Assembly: GCA_002633005.1 (NCBI GenBank)
Contig: NMRA01000065.1
Location: 735,066-799,065, forward strand
Source of the DNA: Phoronis australis
Taxonomy: Eukaryota; Animalia; Phoronida
Direction: 5' to 3'
DNA: 64,000 nt
The notes beneath the pieces were generated by a model that saw only the letters and a list, made by a program, of their open reading frames with translations, was not told the origin of the DNA and ran no database searches. Positions 1-12,307 of this stretch are shown one piece after another; position 1 is the first letter of the stretch; every line of letters starts with the position of its first letter. A program made the translations under genes and the position numbers.

Positions 1-459
1 GTCTAACTGTTATTTGTTTTGTAATGCTCGCTCGCAGTAAAATATTAAATCATCTTTATTGTAAGTATTGAAATTCTTGTTTATGCTGTATCATTTGAAA
101 CGATTTTGTGTTTGCACAATTTGCACTCTGTATTGTTAATCTAGGCATGATAGCCTGCAGTCACGTAAATTGTAAACAGTGTCCATTGTATCTGTCATGA
201 TAAGTAATAAAAAGGCGAGGCGAAGCAATTTCTTTTCTCCTGTTCACTGAACTTTTAACTTTTTTATTGTTGTCACCCTGGAAAGTTTCTAAAACTTGCT
301 ACCTCTAGTGACCAGCGAGAAGGTAGCCGTTAGCCATCTTCAAGACTTTCTCCGCATCTCAGTCTTGTAATGTGTTCTAAGCAATGAAACGTAAAATTTT
401 GTCAAAATTTATATTCATATATCACAGCATGAAATATACAACAAAGATAACCAAAGCAC

Positions 460-2702
460 TTAAATATCGGGACAACCCTTTTGGTTTGTCACCTTGAAGT
501 TGTTAGGGTCAACGCCTTCATCAGCCATACGCTTCCTCAGACTTTGAACGATCTTGTCGTCCAGAGTTGGAGTTCTAGCCAAGATCCACGCGTATTCGGT
601 CTTGACTGCTCCCAAGAACTGGGAACACGAGTACACCAGCGAGTATGTCTCGTAGTCAGTATCTACTACCCAGTATTTGCCATAAGGCTGATACTCTGAA
701 ACGATAGAGCAATAGGTTTTTATTTGAGAAACGCGCTTTAAAATATACATATATCATGTGTAGTACGTAGGACCATGTTTTCATTGTAACGTATTTTTGT
801 GATATACATTTCCTACGAACCGCAAAACTATACTGTATAGAGCTTTGGCCAATGTTTCCATTACACTGTGCTTTTGTGATATGCACTTCTTACGTGTTTA
901 CCAAAATATTTAACAGGTTTTGTGAATTTAATGATTACACTTTGTCTGACACCGATAGTACAACTATTGGGATCTGCCATGTTTTAAGGTTACGCGTATT
1001 CCTACTTTGAATCTCGTCTTCGTCTCATAATCTTCAAACATGTATTTCCTAAGAAACGAAAATCCAATTGGACCGTTTACTCTCATAAAATCTCACCCAT
1101 AAGGTTCCTTTACCGTGATAGGATTCTATTTGTGTTACCAACTCAAGGTACAGGCAATGCGTACGCATGTGCCATTTTCGAATTTTCAATTTTAGCGTTT
1201 TCTAGAGTCACTCATGGTTTCAATGTTTTTGTTGGTAAAGTAAAGAAATTCTTTTACAGTAAGGAGTATTATGAGACCGGTTTTATTAGAATAAATGCCT
1301 GATTTTTTTCTAGTCCTCTAAACAAGGCTAAATGGAGCTTGAATAACTAGCAGCGGTCAAGCGGATTTCCAGTGTTTTCATTTCATATGTTTCTAACATT
1401 AGTTTGAGAATTGGAAAGAGACCGTAAGTGTAACATTTCTCCTGATGATGCTATACCTGAGAAACGAACTCCCAACTTGGAAGGAAACTTCTTGTCTGGC
1501 ACATAGGCGTCTCCTGTAGCGTTACTCACCAGGCCAGTCCTGAGAAGACAAGAAACGAATCGCGTTAACGTAAAACCATAAACTAATGAAGTACAAAAAT
1601 GCGTTTGCAATTTCTGTTATTTATCAGCATGCTTACTTCTTAGAAACTTGGAAATATGTGAAGGTCACGTTTTAGCAATGTGCAGGAAACTAAGACAACT
1701 TGTACTTTCTTGCGCATAATAAATATTCGCGAACATCCGATTACCTTGAACAATAACACTGGTGGATTTGATTGCTGCACTATATTTTGAGCATAACTTG
1801 CTAAATGTAATGACCAATGAGTACCATTGGCTTGTATTCACCTACGTCAACGCGAAAACCCTGATGTGGTGTTCTGTTAAGACCCCTATTCAATTTTCAA
1901 GTACTCTCAGTTCCTCTGTATTCTGTTTTCTCTGGGTGACATAATATGGCGCTGAATGGCTGGCTACTTCACTTACTATTTCACGACCACAAGTTTCGTC
2001 TTGTTTGCTTATGTTGCTAATGTATAGCTAGGACTAATATAGAGCAAATTAACGAAAGTCCGTTCAAGGGAGTCTTTAAGTCACTTTTGTAGTTCGTTTA
2101 TAGCGAGTTTTGCTTAAAGTGTGTTCCTAATATGACACAGGCCTGTGCCGGCCGCGACTCCTACCTTTTTGAGATTCCTCTGTTGAACACATTGATATGT
2201 CCGTCATCCTTCAGAGTGTAAGTGGCTTTTGTACACTCTTGGTTGACTTGGAAGATGGCAAAGAAGTGCTGAATCTCATACCAGTCACCGAGATACTGAA
2301 GCGAAGAAAGAAACGTGCAGATCACATCGCACCTCGATTTCGAGACCTTAACAAATCACATTCTGCGTTCCCAAGAATATTAAACGTGAAATTTTATAAC
2401 TAAGCACTTTTGACTTAATTTGTTTATGTGTCATTTTCAACCTATTTGTGCCACCGCTCAAAGGTAAAATTTCTAGGTAGTTTCAATACGACCTCGAAAA
2501 CAGCGAAACATAGGAACAATAGAGCATAAGAATCACTGCTCTGCTGAAGTTCAATGCAGTCGCAAAGAAGGTTATAGATCTACCGTCTTACCCTGGTAAC
2601 GTTCAGTTCTGGCTTCAGTTTGATGTCGGGACATTTGCCAAAACCTGGTACTTGTGCACTGACGGCAACTAACAAACACACGGCGACGACGGCTTGGAAC
2701 AT
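460..2702 (-). CDS. ApoD: Apolipoprotein D-like lipocalin, 4 coding exons (2592-2702, 2165-2295, 1457-1539, 460-695), about 186 aa
   Basis: Manual splicing with GT-AG sites and consistent phases gives signal peptide MFQAVVAVCLLVAVSA, then GKCP, lipocalin motifs YLGDWYEI, YWVVDTDY and AWILART, and a C-terminal QKGCP. Confidence 0.93.
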
Positions 2703-2750
2703 CTTCTTAGTCTTGGAGAAAATGACTGGTCGTAGTGCTGGGGTGGGGGC

Positions 2751-2757
2751 TTTTATA
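2751..2757 (-). promoter_or_regulatory. Putative TATA box of the ApoD-like gene
   Basis: TATAAAA on the minus strand about 50 nt upstream of the ATG at 2702. Confidence 0.45.
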
Positions 2758-5107
2758 ACAGATTGGTATTACATAAATGTGTCGTAATCCAAGATAGCAT
2801 GTCGCTGGAGAATAACAGGTGCTATACATGTTACAGTAACTCTGTGATCCTTTGCAAAAGACCCATCCTNNNNNNCCCCCCCCCCCCAAGTTCAAACAGT
2901 CCGGTGTCGGCTGACTGTGTCCGCCATTTTGTTATTGCACTGCCATGTGAAAATTAAGAACTTTAAGCTTAGGTGCTACTGGTAAACTAGGAAAACTATA
3001 TATTTTTCTGTCGTAAAAACGGCGCCCTTGTTGCGTTATGATCTTTTTTCCGTTACCGACAATGAAGTCACAAAAACTCTTGAGATTTATTGGTGTTGGC
3101 CAACCTCAGAATTGTGAATTCGAAAATGGCACATCCGCGCATACTTTGCCTACGACTTGAGACTTCTCCGGGTAACAATTAAATATCTAATGAATGTGGT
3201 ACCCTCAACTATCTTGGGTAAAGAACTCAACGTTGACAGTTTTGAATATCAATGTTAAAACCAGAGGGAGATGCAGCTTTAAGTAATTTTGGCTAAACCG
3301 GTCTAAGGATAATTTTTTGTCTAAAGTCATAGCCGGTACTCTATAGACATATTATCTACATCTCCCGCGTGTCCAAGAAATGTGATAGGCTAATGCTACT
3401 GTTTACAGCGTCCTCTATTGCACAACATATATGACTGTTCAATGCATAAAAACTACATTTTTAAAAAACTTCAACTTGAAATGTTGGTACTTTTTAAAAC
3501 AAAATGGATAAGAACTTATTGGTCATAAAAGAAAAAAGTATATTTGCAGGTGTAAGTCTCCCTCGTTCCACTCCTCAGCACGCACTCGGTTTCCTGTAAT
3601 GTGCATTCAAATTCCCGAATATTCCCTTCCTTATATGGAAAAGTCACGTGAGTTGACAAACTGATGCTGGTCATTACTTTCGCATTTTAAACGACTGTAG
3701 ACTATACATTCCGCGCGTAATGAATTATTCTTATTATCCTATAAGCACAATAATAAGACAAATGTACAGTCAGTATAATATTAAGATTTGCATCAGTGCT
3801 TTCAACTCACTACGGACATACATAGGTGCAATATACTCGGAAGGTGGTCTTATAAAAGTATTATGGGGTGGACATCACCTTGAAATAAAAAAATATATAT
3901 TTATTGTGACGAAGGGACCAAACTGTGTCAGTCTTGGGAGGGCCAGACTTCGTTGCTATGTTTACTTGACGTCGTTTTTATGACCAGTCATGAGTCGGAA
4001 TGGACCGAGCAGTCGTATATCAGCTAGGAAATAGTCTTATTAGTGAAAGTAGTCTCCTAAAGCCCGGGCCCACTGATAAGTACAAACAGATGTAGACTAT
4101 CTCTGTTATTCAGAGAGAGGAAGGCTTTATATTTATAAATCAAGTGTACATGTACATGGTGTGGACCTACTGAGCGTTGTTATTGTTGAGAAAGCGGAAA
4201 GTTAAAACAAAAAGGCAAATAACTGTGCAACCTCTTTCGTGTTTTTTGTGAAATGCAGTGATGGCGATCGGTCGTTCAGTTTTATTGGTTATGTGTTCTA
4301 GATTTCGGAATTGTGCCCAGTCTATCTCGATTTAGACAATGTTGTCGACCGAATTCCAAGTTGTTAAAAATTCCAGTTACCGTACCAAGAAACAAAAGGT
4401 TGGTAAACAAAAAAGTCGTTGTTACCAACCTTGCCCCAAAGAATTTTGTTTTTTCAGTAAATGAATTGAGCATATCCCGAACACTTTTGCAATCATTTGT
4501 GTGCACGGTCGTTCCATCATGCACTGACGTAACCAATGAACCACCTGCTGTCTTTCAGGTTCCTGATAGCTACAGCGATTTTATCTTTACCTAACCATAG
4601 ATACGGCTCTGTCATGGAGTTTGTTGACCCAGTAAACATTCTGATACCGTGCCGGTGTAACTGTTACATTAAATTTTGAACCCCGTGGAAAAATGACGCT
4701 GGCTACCAAGCCGAATTTTGGTCCATCGCCATTGTTGAAAACATGCCAGCCCTTTGACTAGGCGTCAGTGGTTCCACTTTTCAACGGGTTTTTTATATCA
4801 ACAGAAAGAAACGACGAACATTCGGTGACATTATGTAGTTTCTTTGGTTTAGTTAGAACCAGTGGCGGACTAACGATAACTGGGGCCCTAGGCTGTGCTC
4901 AAGTTTAGACCTCTTCTTCCAAAGTTCTATTTCCAGTGACCTTTAGTATACCAATTGCTAAGAAAAACGACAAAAATTAAAATATATATTTTCTGTTGCC
5001 GAGGTTGTACGTAATAGGTGGAAGACTTGTCTCCGCCGTTGTTGTTTTTACCAGCGCGATACTAATGAGTTGTGGGGAAAGTACGCAAAGAGCCACCTTT
5101 TTCAGAA

Positions 5108-6450
5108 ATGAAAAGGTGCGTTTGTGGAGGCTTTAGTAACAGCATATTTCCTCAATATGAAAAAGTTGCACATAAATGCTTCGGTTTGTGCGCCACACAA
5201 GCGTGTGGAATGTCAGTGTGGAAAAAGCAATTCAGTCAGGAGCCACACTTTGTTGGGCACATTTCAAGGAATCAGGTTTCGACCAAACACAAAAACAGCG
5301 TTACGATGAAGGACTCGTCATCTTGTAAGTATTTGTATTTGCAAATGTTTATTCAACGAAAAACTGCTTCCATTCTAGGGCGATTGATGCCAGGCCATCT
5401 ACCCCGCCCCAGATCGAGCACGTGCTACGACACGTAGGCTTATGCACAATGTTTAGACCGTGCTCATTCTATAATAGTGAATAGGATTAATGTTCTTTGT
5501 CAGTCATTCTTACATGTAAGTGTCTATTTTGTGAATATTGACCACTTTTTGGTTTCAGGTGAATATGACTCACATATGTCTGCAGCATTTCTCGTACAAG
5601 TGGGTGGAGTTCATACGGCCTCAAAGCCGACGAAAGTTTGCTAAGTGGGAAATCGAATTCATTTTCAGGTTCTTCAAGTACTTGAGTGTGCTGCCCGTAT
5701 CCTCTCTCCTCTCTGTCTGCATAATAATTGTCCAGTGCTCATTTAAAATCGTCCTCGTCTTCTGATCTGCTGTTTTCCGCCATTGGAATTGATTGTCAAG
5801 TGACATGACCAAACGTCTTCCACCCATTACGACATTTGGAGGTAAACTTTGAAATTACTAATTTTTCTTCAAAATTAAAAAATCGTTACTATTTGGCATT
5901 AAAAGTGTTTATATAATTGGCTTTTATGGTATTTATTTCATATTAGCTACCTGAAACCCCAAAAACTGAGAAAATGCATGGTGAAGACTCTTTAAAATAC
6001 CTAAGTGGTCAATCAATGGTTCGGCTCCCATAGACTACCCGGGAGCCACGGCGAAGTCGTTCGCCGCGCGTCTTGCCTTTCCACACTTCCGATTTGTCTG
6101 CAACGCAACCGCAACTGGAACTTTTCTCAATTGCTTTTCGCTGTGACGGCTGATTGGTGCAACTACCTGTCCTCCACTAGCGCGGTCTGTCTACAACTCA
6201 TAGTTGCATGGATCAGCGCTGTACGTAACTTTGCACATAATGCAGGGACAAAAAACGTTTTGACCGTAACTTATTGTAAAAGCCTCTGGTTGTATAGCGA
6301 GCAAGGACTTCATACAGTGAAGAAAATCTTGTGGTGCTGGATGAGATGGCCGGCGACTTGCTTGATGTGCATTGGTAGTACATGTAGTTTGTCGGGGGCC
6401 GGTGACACGGAGTTGCGCTCAGTCAGACTCAGAATCGGGCACAAACCATG
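5108..6450. mobile_element. Decayed Kolobok-like DNA transposon relic (THAP domain on +, possible KolX-like remnant on -)
   Basis: Frameshifted + reading MKRCVCGGFSN..FPQYEK..LRFVRH..ATLCWAHFKESGFD..DARPST matches THAP C2CH spacing and the AVPT box, with short GT-AG introns. Minus-strand IQHHKIFFTV and SAVTA..EKF resemble KolX/P2X7-C-like motifs. A TCTTTAA terminus-like site lies near 5990. Confidence 0.45.
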
Positions 6451-9400
6451 ACAATTCTGGCGACAAAAGAAAATTTTCAGCCAGCAGTAAACAAATAGAA
6501 AGACACGGGTAATACATTGCAACTGCGGCAACAACAGAAAAATAAAAAGACTGAGCCTGAGAGCCTCAACTTAGTGGATGATTTGAAGCTTAAAATAGGA
6601 TCTTATGTTAAGTTCTCAGGTGGGGGGGGCCTTTTTATGCGACACGAGCTTTTGCGCGCTAAAATGCTTGATGTGAAATTCTTTAGGGTTATGTGAAAGA
6701 TTCAGGGGTTTCAAGGTGTCCAATAACTGGAAGTCGTAAACGAGAATTTCTGTATCTTTAATGAATTGACCCTAAAATTACAGTAATGGCTAACTCACGA
6801 CAGCACCAGAATTCTCATAACACGTCTAGGTTCTAAAAATTTTGAGGAGGACCAAACCCTTTGTAAGATATACCCCTATTCGTATGCTCTTCCCCGCCGG
6901 ATTTCCACGGTCAAGCGTGAACATGGTCTGCTTGACTCAGCAAAATATACTTCACTGGAAAATATATATAAATTAAGTTAGAAAATCTTGAAACTAGAGC
7001 AGAAAGTTGAAAATGGCGAGTTTTCATGCGAAGTTTTCCATCTTCATAGAACATTTTTTCGCTATGGTAGTACAAAAATCTATGATTGAAGGACAGCGAC
7101 ATGTTGCAAGGGCGACATAACGCTGCGGGCGCCTTCCAAACCCGTTGGTATCTCGATCACCCAGCTGTACCCCATCTTCAGCACCCCTCCCCGTATATCA
7201 TATACTACATGTATGTAAGATGACACAATCTCCCAGGTCATGAATCATTTGAAGAGAATGCTCCGTCCACATTTACTCGCCCATTGCTTGCTAATCGCGC
7301 TGTAGACACCACATTTCCTGCATTCAATGAACGAGTAAATGTACATACCCAGCAAACTATTGTATTGGTCACTTTGGAATCGTGATTCAGTGAGTGAGAG
7401 AGAAATCCATACATCAATGTTTGATAACTGAAAAAATCAATACACTTTGTCCTCGCAGTGACATCACTTCCAGGCGGGCGGGGGGGCTTTCCCATAGTAG
7501 GATTTGATAGTGGCGCGCCGTCAATTTGTTTGGTGACTTGTCCCATCTCATTGAAGGCCGGGAAGTGTATTTTGCCTTCTTGGGTACATGTACGTATGGC
7601 AGTTATGCTTAGGGTTAATATTTAGCCTTATCATGTATCGTCTCTAGTCACGTGTTGTCAGGCAAGTAAAATAGTGGCTAATGTGGAACATTGGGAGAAG
7701 GCAGTGAAAATGGTACCTCGAGTAGAATTAGTAGCATCCCAGGTTACACTGCTTGTATTTTAATGTGTCCGGTGGCACACTTCTACACACTGGAGGAGAT
7801 CCCCCGGAATAATGCCTCGGAGATTTTCCATAGGAGGCGCTGACCTATTAAGCAGATCACCTCATTAATCGAAAAAGAATCAATACTTTCTGAAAATTTG
7901 TGAAAGGTATATCTTTCTAGCCAACACACGCATGCACGGTCTGTTCTGAAAATCTTTTTCCAGGTCCTTGTTTTAACAGTGTACGTGTTATTTGGTTTTG
8001 GTAATTCTTAAAGAAGTTTACTGTAGCCTGCGTAATAGTGAGCCTTAGCAGAGATTGCATATAATCAACGACAAATATTACAGTACCGTGTGCCGCCATT
8101 TAGCCCGTGATATTTGGCAACGGTACGATGCTCGCTATACGAGTAAGCCTAGCTCTTACAGGAGTAACTGTGTTCTTCGCCGCAGGGTCCGCACGCATAG
8201 TCGTAGTGGGTGGCATTCTGATAACATTCTCGCCGCTCATGTGGAGAGCTCACGTTCACCTCGAATGGGGCATAACACCACTGGGGCTCGGCTAAGCACG
8301 GGAAACCAAACCTAAACAAACAAAGCAAACACGTAACTTGAGCCCTTCCCAAAGAACTCAAATTACTGTTTTGCAGTAAACAAGCGTCAGTATGCGGCGT
8401 CCACCAATTAACTTCAACGTTTTTTAAAATCCCACAAAAGAACTATGAGTAAACAAACTGACTTGCTACAAAACTGCTTATGCAACTCATAAATCCGCCT
8501 CCCTTCTCTTCTACATAAAGAATAGGGTGAGACCAATTTATTGCAGTGTATGGTCGAAAGCGGCATTTCTTTGTTTCTCTTATTACCAGAAATAACACAT
8601 ACAAACCAATAAATAAGAAAGAATACATGAATATTTGACGGCATGCACACGCATGCGCACACATTCACACGCGCATTCAAAGAGGAGACGTCAAATTTTA
8701 AACTTAAGCTAATTTTCAAAGAAACAAAATAGGTCTAGAGGACGATCTTCTCAGGAAAGTTTCCAAAATAGACATTTTACCATTTGAAAGTTCAGTTGAA
8801 GGAGTGACATTTCCGACTCTTTGGCAATAAATGAGATATTTCCAAAACAAGTGAGTACTCGTGTAATTTGCCAAAGAAAACGACTCTTTACAAGAAATTT
8901 ATATAATAAAGTTTATTTTTTGAAAATAACCATTGGCTCAGTCATAGAACTCTAGCCCTGGAATGCCAACTTGGATCCCACGCTGGCTGAAGTTGCACCG
9001 CGCCTACGAGGCATTTGTTTGTTCCGGTGCTGGTTATTCTACTGGAATTTACTGCCAATAAAACTTTTTGCAAATCCGCCGTTTTTCAACCGAATTGCAA
9101 ATGAGTTATATCATTAGAAAGCCCTTTGTCAGTTCTTGATGGTGCATGACTTTAACTGAAGCAAACGATAAATATAATTTAATTCACAGGTAATCATTTC
9201 GCGTACCTGAAAAGTTTAAAAAATATTTTTGAAACCAAAACGCGAAAAATATCAGGGTGTAATAGTAACATAAAAAGGGAATGGACCAGAGAGGTTATAT
9301 GAATTATTAATTAAACCCACAGAAAAATAATTTCACCGATTCCAAAATTTCCTACTTTGTGAAGAATGTGGATCTCTCACAGTTGCTGTGAAGAATGTAA

Positions 9401-9974
9401 CCAGACATTCACCCAAAATTATACATCTTCATGTATTGATTGGACCTTTTGTGTCGTTTGATACAGTTCTTCAGTAAAAATTAAGGATGGAGTGACATTT
9501 AGAAAAATGTGATAAATTAATTACACCAATACCTATCCGAAATTTGCACATAAAGTCTTTCTAAGCAACCATCTACCGTGTAGGTCTGAAATGTACTGTG
9601 GATAGACCATCACATAGGCTGCAGTGCAGGACTTTCCGTAGTAGTTTGTAAATAAACTCATTTCTTCAGAGAGTAAATTTAGTGATTCTCATGCATGTAG
9701 TGTGTGTTGCAGTAAACAACAGACATTAGAACACAGTTTAGGATTGTTATGTTACTAAAGAAAGTGGACTCTGGAAAATAACATGACAAAAAGACAAGTG
9801 AAAACCAGTCCTGTTCCATGGATGTCAATATTCGAGAATGAAAAACATGGGACAACTGGATTGAAAAGCAGGACTTCCGGACACAAAGCTTGCATCTGTG
9901 GGTCTATGCTGAAACGCAATCATAAAACGTACGCCGCAACAAACACAAGCGTCCCGACAGCGTTTTTTGTCGAA

Positions 9975-10036
9975 AGGGAGACGCTACACCCAGAAGCGTT
10001 TCTGTCGGTCTATTCTCCGGTCATCATCAGGTGTTC
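9975..10036 (-). ncRNA. Degenerate hammerhead-ribozyme-like motif in the Penelope tail
   Basis: Minus strand reads acacCTGATGAtgaccgg-agaataga-ccgacaGAAACgcttctgggtgtagcGTC: core boxes, an imperfect stem II and a possible stem III ending in GUC. Stem I pairing is imperfect. Confidence 0.45.
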
Positions 10037-10103
10037 CTGCGTTCTCAGAAGAACGAGCACGGATATGTGATACACTCATCATGGTGTGATTTTTATCATA
10101 TAT

Positions 10104-10185
10104 TGTCCGAGGAAGGATTTGAACCCACGGCTTCTGAAACTACATATATTTTGAGTCCAACACCTTAACAATGGAGTCATCCATT
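10104..10185 (-). pseudogene. tRNA-like (Leu/Ser-type) pseudogene or tRNA-derived SINE head
   Basis: GGATG...TTAAGGTGTTGGACTCAA...CGTGGGTTCAAATCC.TCCTCGGACA resembles a long-variable-arm tRNA with a B-box; the stems are broken. Confidence 0.4.
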
Positions 10186-12307
10186 TACTTAGAGGGAACT
10201 TAATTATACTTAAACCTTCCTAAGTAGACTGAGCCTGGTGTCACTTGAATGATTGCTTGGCTGACTGAATACATTGCCTTTTACTTCCATGTGCATGCCT
10301 TCCTTGATCTTTCTCTTGGTTCAACCTGTTTCACTGTCAAGTATTCGGATGTTATTCCACTGGATATTGTGTTGTTTCAACCACATGTGTTCTGCTACTC
10401 CTGATGATGCATTACCCTCTCTACAACACCTCTTATGTTCAGCAATTCTCATCTTCAGACGTCTTAATGTTTCACCGATACATGATTTACAACATTCACA
10501 TGGGATTTCATAGATGATGTTTTTATTTTTCCCCACGTCAGTTCTTGGTTTGACTTTTGTCAGTCGCCGACCCAGTGTGTCTGAGCTGCGGTGTACTGTT
10601 CTTGTTCTAAGTTCTTTACGTATGGTTTAGAGACAATAAACCGAAACATCGATCAATATGTCGTTATTTACCTATGCGCTGATCTTCAAGTTCGTACTCA
10701 TATTTTGGTCAAAAACAAATGGAATGATCCGCATGATAATTGGCAAGTGCAAGGTACGCTGTCAGTAAAACAAAGTATTGGACTGGATTTCTTAAATCTT
10801 TTCATTTTTAAAATTTTATTTCACGGGTACATTGTAAATACTGCAGATCATATTCACTGACCATAAATCGAATTAATAAAAAGAGTCTCGGCAACTGGTA
10901 AAATTGCTTCAAATGAATTATTATAGAAACAATTGTTGCAAATACAAACACACACACTTAGCTACGCAAATACGAGTAGTTTTTCGGATTGCTATAGGAC
11001 GTGTACAAAAAGTGTAACTCAAGAATGTTATTAATGTCAAATATACGAAAAGAGCTGTAGCTAGTCTTGAATACACATATGCAGGACTCGTACGAGATTT
11101 GTTTCATGGTTAACAGTCTAGACTGCGGTGCCCGGTTGCATGAAACAGTCCGAAATAACTGGGGATCAACCAAGTTTCTAAAATCTTTGCCGTATTTGTT
11201 GACCTGTGGAAACATAGATTGCCCTGTCTTATTCTTTTTTGAGTTTCATTACTACGTTAATATTTGGCTTTGATTCAAATCGCGAGTGAAATCTACACTG
11301 TATGTCACTAAACTCTGCGGTCTTATCGGGCGAGGATTAATGTCTGTATCTCACTTAACATCTGGTTAATTCTTAACCAGCTCACTGAAGATTCCATACA
11401 GTCACGAAAAAACCCACTTATGAAATATCCGTACAGTTTGTCCCTCTAACCAAACTTTCTAGGTTATCATCAAATATTTAACAACACCACTGCTACTGTA
11501 TCACACTAAATGTTGTGCGCTACGACTCGAAAAGCTTGTAGCACTTGCCGCAGCTCATAATACTTGATGTTATTGTTTAAAGTACAATATTTTCAGATTG
11601 CAACATACTTTAAGTTCAGTTTGGCAAAGTGTCTATACTGCTCATGAATCCAAACAGGCAGTACACGACCCAACCCCCACACTGTAGAATTCAATGATTT
11701 GTAATCATCCACCACTCTCCCATTGTGTGTGTTACCTGTTCATTTTTTTCCAAGCCAAAAAGAAGGACACTTCCAAGTTCGAAAAATAAATATTTAATTA
11801 AGCAATTCAATTGACAATCCGTTATATAATTAAATTAAGGTTATGTAAGACCTCAAAAAATTTTCAAATTTGGCTGATCGGATTCATATAAAACTTCCAT
11901 ATACCATGCTTTATGCACTACTTTCAAAACGATGTTAGGAATTGTTCTTAAATAGATCCACTTTTCCATGAGGAGCTTTCAAAAAGATCACTTTTATGTT
12001 TTTGATAAAAAACTTCAAAGTTGCATGAAACGAAATGAAATGATATCTTATAAAACCATAGCAGCACTTTTGAGATCTTGAACACTTGTTTATCAGGTCC
12101 TACATAACATTAAATTTCAAAAATTTAAAATCGAACATTTAAGTTATCGACATCTTCTAGCAAGTCCACGTCGTGGTTAAAACTCGTTGTACGTCAAAAT
12201 CTAGCTTTCTCAAACAGAGCTTCTCTGATTAAGGTGCTCTGGTTCATCCAAACATGAGGCTTTCATAAGCGAGAGTTTTTGAATCTTTGAAATTCAAAAT
12301 CTGTTCT

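Larger units (their letters stand above)
9965..10590 (-). mobile_element. Penelope-like retroelement 3' fragment: GIY-YIG endonuclease (about 10250-10560) plus pLTR-like tail
   Basis: NIIYEIPCECCKSCIGET.RRLKMRIAEH...SGVAEH...HNIQWNNIRILDSE, then (frameshift) KRKIKE, is the typical Penelope GIY-YIG. A CTGATGA..GAAAC motif lies downstream. Confidence 0.85.
9360..11010 (+). repeat. Dispersed unclassified repeat, copy 1 (interrupted by the Penelope fragment)
   Basis: Shares blocks (ctgtgaagaat..ccaaaattatac, gagaatga..atgggacaa..ttgaaaagcaggac, acctatccgaaat, ttagctacgca) with 41050-42030 and 52760-53130. Confidence 0.6.

Noticed and set aside
7090-8361. Cys-containing minus-strand short ORFs
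   Set aside because: They contain stops, and I found no consistent splice model or recognisable domain.
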